Assembly: GCA_051294375.1 (NCBI GenBank)
Contig: JBJCIZ010000173.1
Span: forward strand, 1 to 6,852
Direction of reading: 5' to 3'
DNA length: 6,852 nt
Origin: Paraspadella gotoi
Lineage: Eukaryota; Animalia; Chaetognatha
A program made the position numbers and the translations under genes. Position 1 is the first letter of the stretch. Each line of letters begins with the position of its first letter. Shown one piece after another: positions 1-6,852 of the stretch. The notes under the pieces are model-generated. The model did no database searches, was not told the DNA's origin, and worked only from the letters and a program-made list of their open reading frames with translations.

Positions 1-236
1 CGAGGTTGTATTTAGTGGATTTTAAAATGGAGAATGAACAAACGAAGAATGTACTGACATCTAGAAAAGATCTGAATTTGGAGTTAGATGGTATGAGAAC
101 GGTAAAAGAAGGAAAAAAAGAAAGATACAAGAAAAGTGTTCGGAAGCAGACTAGAGGAAATGAGAAAAAAGAAAAAAAACTTTAAAAAAATAAAAAGCGA
201 ACCTGGAGTTGAGATGGGAAAGGATGTCAAAAAAGG

Positions 237-252
237 AATAAATAAATAAATA
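237..252. repeat. (AATA)4 short microsatellite
   Basis: aata aata aata aata read directly at 237-252. Confidence 0.8.
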
Positions 253-404
253 TAACTGAAAGGACATAGAAAACGGAAGTAGGATCTCAAAAAAACAAAG
301 GAGTTTGGAATGAGGAAAAGAACAAAATAGACGAAGATCGGAGGGTTTGAATGATCGAGGACGAAGAAAAGTGAACGGACGAGTCGACGGACTCAATGCG
401 GGAT

Positions 405-700
405 GGAAAAAGAAGGGAAAACAGGAAGGAAAGAAAGGGGAAAGAAAAAGCAGGAGAAAAGGAAGATGGAAAAAGGAGGAAAAAGGAAAGAAAAAAAGTA
501 GGAGGAATAAGGAAAGAAAGAAAAACGAAGAGGAGAAAAGGAAAGAAAAAAGGAAGGAAAAAATGAAGGATACAAAGAGGAAAATGAGGAAAAAAAGGAA
601 AGGAGAAAAAGGAGGAGAAAGGGAGAAAAAAAGAAGAGAAACATAGGAGAAACAAGGAAAGAAAAAACATAGGAGTAAAGAGGAAAGAAAAAAAGAGGAG
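405..700 (+). repeat. Polypurine (A/G) low-complexity tract
   Basis: By manual count only 16 pyrimidines in 296 nt (about 95% purine). Irregular GGAAA/GAAA/GGAGA units, plus an 11-nt direct repeat aaacataggag at 639-649 and 665-675. Confidence 0.9.
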
Positions 701-1045
701 AAATATATCTCGGAACCAGAGACACAATGATTTAAGATGGAATTATGGGGGCGCGAGGGTCTCGTGGTGAGAGAAGAAGGGAAGGAAAGGAAAGATGAGA
801 ATAAACAATAAACAGCGAGAGAGAAAATACAAAATCTGAAGAGATAAATAATTTCCAAAGCGGTTTTAAGACGGTTTTACATTCGATTAAAATTAATCTT
901 TAATTCAATTAAACTTTTACTACGCTGCAATTTGTTGTTTCATCGCCAGGAATGGTTGAAAAAAAAATAGAAGTGCAGGTCGGGTGGAATTTCGTTCTCC
1001 GGTAAAACGATATCTGAGAAATATTATGCTTCGCCTCGTACATTT

Positions 1046-1048
<3 letters not shown>

Positions 1049-1076
<28 letters not shown>

Positions 1077-1098
1077 NNNNNNNNNNTCTCTCTCTCTC
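1049..1098. repeat. (TC)n microsatellite interrupted by an assembly gap
   Basis: (TC)14 at 1049-1076, 10 Ns, then (TC)6 at 1087-1098. True length unknown. Confidence 0.95.
1077..1086. other. Scaffold gap (10 N)
   Basis: Ten consecutive n characters; shows the window comes from a scaffolded draft assembly. Confidence 0.99.
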
Positions 1099-1601
1099 GT
1101 TTACGTTTGGTTCTATCTGAGTCGTATTTGAATTTTGAAATGTCCTTTATAAGTCGGTCTGATATCTTTGTTTGGTCACCTCGGAATTTACAGAGAGAGA
1201 AACTACGTTTTTAATTCTACTTTGGACTAAAACTAAAACAAAAACTTTCCCCCGTTCTGATTCTAATCTAAAGTTTCAGTTGACTTTGTTATGTACTTGG
1301 CAAATGGCAAATGGCCTAGTGTAAAGGTTAGGAACCATAACGATAATATTTACTCATGATTTTCAATTGGTATACTTAATTACTTTTCCAATTTGCAATG
1401 TCCGCAATGTCCTTATTGTTTGAATTTTTATTTTAGTGCCATTTAGATGCAATTAGTCTTCTGTCTCAATACTCATTTATTGTTTTAAATGTCATATTGC
1501 TTTCAAATTGTTTAATCTTTTAAAAAAATAAAAAAAATTCTTTGTCATATCCTTTCCTTCTGTTACTCGTTAGCCTTTTTGAAATTTTTGTTGTCTGCCT
1601 G

Positions 1602-1639
1602 TCTTTTTTCTTCTTTCTTTCTTTCTTTCTTTCTTTTCT

Positions 1640-1671
<32 letters not shown>

Positions 1672-1718
1672 TCACTTTTCTTTCTTCTCTTTTCTTTCTT
1701 TCTTTCCTTCTCTTCCCT
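1602..1718 (+). repeat. (CTTT)n microsatellite / polypyrimidine tract
   Basis: 117 nt of C/T with a single A at 1674. Perfect (CTTT)6 at 1613-1636 and (CTTT)8 at 1641-1672. Confidence 0.95.
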
Positions 1719-2283
1719 ACAATGTCCTAAGTTGTCTAGATAATTTTACAAAAAATAATCTCCTTACTTTTCTTTCAGAAAAAAAAAATTAGATTGTACT
1801 TGAAAAAATTGTAAACTCTTTCGTCCGACGTCTTATTATATCAGACATTCGACTCAATATTCAGCAAAAGATCCTTCCTCACATCTAACGAAGAACGGGC
1901 GGACCCGTCTTCGAAACGCGCGACTTGGCGGGGTGAAGGAGAAACACCTTCCACAATATCCACTGGTGGAAAAGTGGGCGATTGTGTGGGAGGAAGTGAG
2001 AGTACGGTGACGGGAGGGAGGAGATGAGAAATGGCGTTTAGGCGAGAGAGATGAAAAAATTCTTAGTTCAAGATGGTGCGGGAAAATCACGAGATTGTGA
2101 CATCGTTTTTGTCGGAAAACTTGATTAAAGCGTGAGAAGGTAAAAAGTCGCAGAGCATTCACCAACATGGATAGAGCCGTGATTGAGGAACGAATCAAAA
2201 AAGCCGAGAGATAGAGAAAGAAGCAAGTAGGTCTGAAGAAACTGTAGAAGGTGGTGAAACTGAAAACGCTGAAGGGGGCGGGT

Positions 2284-2560
2284 GGAAGAGAAGAGAGAGA
2301 GAGAGGAGAGAGAGACGACGGCATGAGGAGAGAGAGGAGAGAGATTGAGAGAGAGAGTCGATGGAGAAAGCGACGGAGAGGCGAGAGAGCAAGGAAAGCG
2401 AGAGATAGAGAGGCGAGGAGAGAGAGAGAGAGTAGAGTGGAGGGAGAGCAAGCTGACGGGAATGGGAGGGATGTTGGAGGGAGACGAGGAAGAGCAGAGT
2501 AGAGAGATGAGAGAGATGAGAGTAAGATGGAAGAGGAGAGAGAAGGAGAGAACGCGAGAG
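2284..2560 (+). repeat. Degenerate (GA)n-rich low-complexity region
   Basis: Many interrupted gagaga runs, e.g. gaagagaagagagagagagaggagagagagac and gaggagagagagagagagtag. Confidence 0.85.
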
Positions 2561-3048
2561 GGAGAGCCAGGACGCCGCAAAAAGGGTCTGCGCGGGCGGG
2601 AGGCCGCGGACAAGGGGCGGGCGTGGAAAACGAATGAATGCGGAAAGGGGGAAAAAAGGGGAAGGATTGAGAAGAGGAGTACTTGGAGAGAAGAGGAACG
2701 AGAGAAAAGTGAGAGAAGAGAGAGAAGGCGACGGCGACGCGCGTGCGGCGGAGGAAGAAACGGCGGATCGACTGCAGAGGAGCGCGGGCGCGGCGGCGGC
2801 GTGCGAGCCAGAGCGGCAGCAAGGAAGCGCAGGGCACGCGAGGCGAACGCAAGGAACGGGCGCTGGAGAGGAAGCGCAGATAGGAGCGCAGAAGGGGGAT
2901 GGAACCAAGATGACAGAAGACAGAAGAGTAGGGCGGGGAAACGGACAGGCGGGCGGGAAAACAAGCGAGGGGGGCGGCAAGGGGCTAAAAGGGGCGGAAA
3001 TCAAGAGGGTGGCCGTTGGAGCGGGGAAAGTGCGGGAGGACTGGGTAA

Positions 3049-3152
3049 CAGCAGGAGCAGCGGGAGCAGCAGCAGCCAGAGCACCAGCAGCAGCGGCAGC
3101 AGTCAGCAATCAGCAGCAGCGGCAGCAGCACCCAGGCAGCAGCAGGCAGCAG
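3049..3152 (+). repeat. Degenerate (CAG)n trinucleotide repeat
   Basis: cag cag gag cag cgg gag cag cag cag cca gag cac cag cag cag cgg cag cag (3049-3102), then further cag runs in shifted phases to 3152. Confidence 0.85.
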
Positions 3153-3313
3153 GGGCGGCTGCCGGCGAGAGGCGCCGAGTGACACGTGGCAGAGTGGAAG
3201 GAGGAAAGGAGGAAGAGGAGTGAAAGGCGGGCCAGAACAAGGAGGAGTCAGGAACGGAAGAGGGGAGAGAGTGAAAGAGGAGGGACGCAGAGAGAAAGAG
3301 AGAGCGCGACATG

Positions 3314-3317
<4 letters not shown>

Positions 3318-3349
<32 letters not shown>
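3318..3349. repeat. (GA)16 microsatellite
   Basis: Perfect GA dinucleotide run of 32 nt; further imperfect GA runs at about 3417-3429 and 3470-3543. Confidence 0.95.
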
Positions 3350-3353
<4 letters not shown>

Positions 3354-4118
3354 AAAGAAGAGGAAAAAATTTTACTGAAAGGGACGGAAGAAGAAGACGA
3401 GGGCAGAAGAAGGAGAGCAGAGAGAGAGATGACGATAAAGAAGGAGTAAAAAAAAAGGGAGGGATCAGAAGAGAGAGGAGAGAGAGAGAGGAGAGAGAAG
3501 AGAGAGAGAGAGTGTAAGTTAGAGACGGAGAGGAGAGAGAGAGTAGATAGAGCAAGGCGCGCCAACGCCATGCGGGAAGAGGGGATGCAGTGAAAGCCCA
3601 GCCGTGGGCGAATGTGGGCAAGCGGAAGTCAGAGGCGCGCGAGGACGCCGCGGCGGTGTGCGGGGCCCACCGCCGCCGCCGGCCCGCGGCGCGCGGCGGC
3701 CGCGGCGGCCCCCGTCCGCGCTGCCGGCGCGGCAGGGGGTGGCGCCAGTGCGATCCTGCTCTGTTGTTCTGTGTTCTGTATATGTCTGTCTTGGGGGGCA
3801 TTGGCGTAGAGCCAGTGGGAAGGCGGAGAAAACGCCAGGTGTGGAGCACGAGGGTGGCAAGGGAAAACGCGGCGAGCGTGCGCAAGGGACACGCCGGGTC
3901 CGCCGAGGCGATCTGTCTGTATGTTATCTGATCTGTATCTGTAGGTACGAAGAAAAAGTTGTCGGCCAGGGGGGGGGCCAAGGAAAAAGGGGGCACAGGG
4001 TATATGAGTTGCAAGAAGTACAGTGTAGGAACGTGGAGGAGGGGGAGGCTACTATATGTGATCTAAGGTGCGTCAACGACGGGTGTATGAGGAAGGGGAC
4101 GATCTAGTCTGTCTGTAT

Positions 4119-4181
4119 CGACGAGAACGACGACAACGACGGACGACGAGTAACGGACGATCTAACTGACGACGATCGACA
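4119..4181 (+). repeat. Degenerate (GAC/ACG)n trinucleotide-like repeat
   Basis: cgacgagaacgacgacaacgacggacgacgag...gacgacgatcgac. Confidence 0.6.
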
Positions 4182-4974
4182 CGCACTGCAGCGAGGACGA
4201 AATGAGGAATAACAAGGCGCTCGCGGACGCGCGTCGGGTGCGGCGCGCGGGGACGCGCGCGCGCTTCGGGCGGGCGGGCGCGCTCGCGGTCTGTCTGTGT
4301 CTGTTTCTGTTGCTGTTCTGTATGTGTCAGGCGACGACAACAACAGGAATGCGTTCGTTCTCGTAGTGCGGCGGTGTGGCGGCGGCGGCCGCGCGTGCGG
4401 GGGGCGGGGGCGGGCGCTGTGTCGTTCTGTGTGCGTATCGTATGTTGTTGTGTTCTGTATGTGCTGGGCGGGTGCGGGCCAGGGGGGCAGGGCGGCCGGC
4501 GGCAGGGCAGCGGAGGCAGGCGGGGGCGAGGCATGTGGTCTGTGTTGTGTGTGTTAGGAGGCATGGGCAGCAGGGGCGGGGGCGGGTGTGTCGTGTATGA
4601 GCGGCGCGGGGCGGCGGGACGGGCCGCTGGGGCTGCAGCGGCGGCGCCAGGAGAGCGGGCGCCGCGGGGCTGTGCTGTTCTGTTTCTGTCTGGTCGGCAG
4701 CGGACGGAGGCGGCGACAGCTTGGCGGCGGGGATTCTGGCGGCGGTCGGCGGGGCGCGGCGGCGGTCTATGTCGTGCTCTCGTGTCTGTATCTGCGAGAC
4801 CAGGGATTATGTGTATATCTTGTAGTATGTATATGTTTGTGGGAAGGAGGAGGGGGGAAGACGACAAGGAGGAGAGAGAGAGAGATGAGAGAGAGAAGAG
4901 ACTGTATGTATGATGATGTATGTGTAGAGAGGAGAGGGATATGTATGTATTCACTTAGTATGTATGAGTTGAGT

Positions 4975-4994
4975 AGAGAGAGAGAGAGAGAGAG
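4975..4994. repeat. (AG)10 microsatellite
   Basis: Perfect AG run at the end of a GA-rich zone spanning about 4870-4995. Confidence 0.9.
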
Positions 4995-6852
4995 ACGCCG
5001 TACGGTTAGGCTGCGCGAGGAGGAGGGCAAGGCGCAAAAAACCGGCTAGGAGGGAGAAAGAAGCACAAATGGATGGTTAAGGGCAGGCCAAAGGGGAAAG
5101 CCGAGAAAGCGTAAGTTGTGTGTATCTGTGTATATATCTCTGAACAGAAAAAGCGAGGGAGTCAAATGATATATATGCGTTGTATATTATAGTAGGCAAG
5201 ACAAAGAGTACAAGGCAGAAAGGAAGGCGCGTGTATCTATGTAGGCCAGCAGGGCAGGAGAAGCCGCGGGGAGCCGAAAGGAATAGCGAAAAGAGGAAGG
5301 TTTGAGACGCGAGGCAAAATTGGGAAGGAGAGAGTGTGGGAAGGTTGAGAGGGGATAGTGGAGAGCGGTATATATATGTGTATATATATTCTGTGGTGGT
5401 GGCATTTGTCAGTCTCCCAGGGCGGGGCAGCAAACCCCGGGCCGCTGCGCAACCCCCGCCGCTGCCGCGGCCGCCCCCTGCGTGCCGCACCGCCCCCGCG
5501 TCCGGCCCCCCCTGTGTCTGTATCTCTGCTCTCTCTGTGCACAGGCAGGCGCCATCAGCGCCTGTCTGTATATATATCAAGCGCCGACCCTCTGCTGTAT
5601 CTGCTCTGTATGTTCTCGTGTCTGTGTTCTGCGGACCCAAAGGGGCGAAGCCGAATGTAAGGAAGAAGAGACGGGAAGGCCGAGGGCGGAAGACGGCGAC
5701 GACGGCATCGCGTTATCTGATCGTGTTGGGAACGGCCCGAGGGAGGCAAGACCGCGCCAAACGTGTCTGTATATGTATGTCTATCTGTGATGTATCTATA
5801 TCTTCGTGTTCGCCGCGGCGAGGCGCGGGCGAGAGACGACATGGAAAGCATAGGGGCGCGCCGGGGCAGCCAGCGGCGCCGCCGAGTGACGCCACCAGTG
5901 GTCGTCTGTATCTTCTGTGTTTGTTGATGTAAAATACGCGCCAGGGTGAACGGCGCGTGCAGCGGGAGTAGGGGCGGGGAGGACGAAGAGGAGCGCGGAA
6001 GGAGGGAGCATGAGGACGGCGAGGAGGGGAGGGAACGGCCGGGCGGGGAAGGCCGGCGCGGAGGCGGCCGGCGGCGACGGCGAGGAAAGATGGAAGCGCT
6101 GGGGGGACGGAGGACGACGCCGACAGGGCCTTATTAGGTTTATCTCTGTGTGTCTCTGTCGTGGGGACGGAGCGCCCGGGCCGCGCGGAACGGCCGCGGG
6201 GCCACGACGGCCCAGACGACGCGGAGGGGCCAAAGGCCCGGGACGGCGGCGCCCAGGGGGCGCCGAGGCAGAAAGACGGGCCCCGCCAGGAACCGGGGGA
6301 AGAGAGGAGAGACGGTATGCAAAGAAAGAGAAAATAAAGGGAGGCGCCGACGTCACCGGGAAGCAGACGTGCCGGCGCGGCCAACGCAACAAGGGAAGCG
6401 CTTATCTGTGTCTCTGTGTATGTGTCGTTGTTCATATGTATGCTGTATGTCTCTCGGGACCGAGCGAGTATGTATGGTGAACAGGGAGAGGGCAGGGGCG
6501 AGGCGCCACAAGAGGGCGTGTGTAGTATGTCTGTTTGGCTGGGTACGCAGGAAGGAAGAGGAGAAGGAAGATGACAGGGAGCGCCAACGGTGCCGATATG
6601 TTGTAAGTAGTTAAGAGGAAAGGGGAGCGCCACGGCGGAAGACAGGCGGGCACGAGTGGTAAGAATGGGGGCGAATGTATGTAGATGTATATTGAAGGAG
6701 AGGCGGCGGCGGCCGCGCAGGGCCGAATATTGTTCGGGGCGCCGGGCCAAGAGCGCGGGCCGGGACGGGACACGCGAGGAGAGGGGAAGGCACGGCGCGA
6801 GAAGGGCGACCCAAGCAGTCCGCATTCTCGGCCGGCAGGAGGTGGAGGCGGG

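Larger units (their letters stand above)
2280..3750 (+). other. T-depleted, purine/G-skewed low-complexity domain (non-coding or low-accuracy sequence)
   Basis: For example, 11 T in the 300 nt of 2701-3000 by manual count. All listed ORFs here translate to R/E/G/A-rich (+) or S/L/P/F-rich (-) strings with no recognisable domain. Confidence 0.8.
3755..6735 (+). other. Mosaic of T-free G/C/A-rich stretches and short T-alternating (TN)n blocks; probable low-accuracy read-derived sequence
   Basis: Roughly 25 blocks of about 12-55 nt, e.g. 3760-3792, 3912-3942, 4290-4327, 4418-4465, 4766-4792, 4903-4925, 5513-5538, 5591-5630, 5764-5810, 6402-6454. They are separated by T-poor spacers; 6163-6315 has no T in 153 nt. 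The pattern is directly seen; the artefact interpretation is inference. Confidence 0.75.

Noticed and set aside
84-858. Phe/Ser/Leu-rich minus-strand ORFs (up to 235 aa, superficially membrane-like) and Lys/Arg/Glu-rich plus ORF 347..646
   Set aside because: They are translations of the polypurine tract, open in several frames at once, with no domain-like sequence.
984-1214. ORF of 76 aa
   Set aside because: Crosses the N gap and TC repeat, starts at GTG, and has no recognisable similarity.
1854-2900. Possible stop-codon reassignment (TGA=Trp, TAR=Glu/Gln) giving a long + strand reading frame
   Set aside because: Different + frames give equally plausible charged low-complexity text when stops are read through, and there is no conserved protein to anchor a code change.
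1854-3223. Long overlapping ORFs (332, 279, 304 aa on -; 292, 182 aa on +)
   Set aside because: Explained by loss of stop codons through T depletion. The products are low-complexity and no frame stands out.
3632-3745. Very GC-rich CpG-island-like or hairpin-forming segment with (CCG)4 at 3670-3681
   Set aside because: Too short, self-complementarity is trivial at this GC level, no associated gene, and it lies in the suspect region.
4858-4886. Resemblance of gacgacaaggaggagagagagagagat to the SMRTbell hairpin adapter end
   Set aside because: The match is loose and expected in GA-rich sequence; no intact adapter or flanking inverted duplication was seen.
3755-6735. T-rich blocks as tiny introns, excised elements or CRISPR-like repeats
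   Set aside because: No consistent GT..AG or other conserved ends on either strand, no fixed length, spacing or shared sequence. Their non-T bases track the flanks.
3103-6825. Arg/Pro/Ala/Gly-rich ORFs including 3103..4014, 4073..4954 and 5713..6825, and Cys/Val-rich patches resembling metal-binding motifs
   Set aside because: The C/V/Y/L and T/H/Q/D patches are just translations of the (TN)n blocks, and the rest reflects GC-rich composition. No recognisable family.
2280-6852. Kinetoplastid-style G-rich pan-edited cryptogene or partially edited cDNA
   Set aside because: Editing yields variable U runs building a mitochondrial ORF progressively from the 3' end. Here single Ts alternate in scattered blocks, in a microsatellite-rich nuclear-like context, and create no recognisable protein.

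Overview
No protein-coding gene, RNA gene, mobile element or CRISPR array can be supported in this window. It looks like eukaryotic draft-assembly sequence in three parts. (1) 1-860 is purine-rich and low-complexity. (2) About 860-1850 is ordinary AT-rich non-coding DNA with a (TC)n microsatellite broken by a 10-N gap and a (CTTT)n pyrimidine tract. (3) After a transition at about 1850-2280, the + strand is almost free of T (G/A-rich, then G/C-rich). From about 3755 onward it is interrupted by roughly 25 short blocks in which T occupies nearly every second position. Deleting the Ts from those blocks gives back sequence matching the local flanks; at 4901-4975 it restores a continuous (GA)n-like repeat. 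The Ts therefore look superimposed on an underlying T-poor sequence. My leading interpretation is a technical artefact (unpolished noisy single-molecule read sequence in the assembly), not a new biological system; it would be remarkable only if independent reads confirmed it. The many overlapping ORFs are explained by T depletion, which removes stop codons on both strands.
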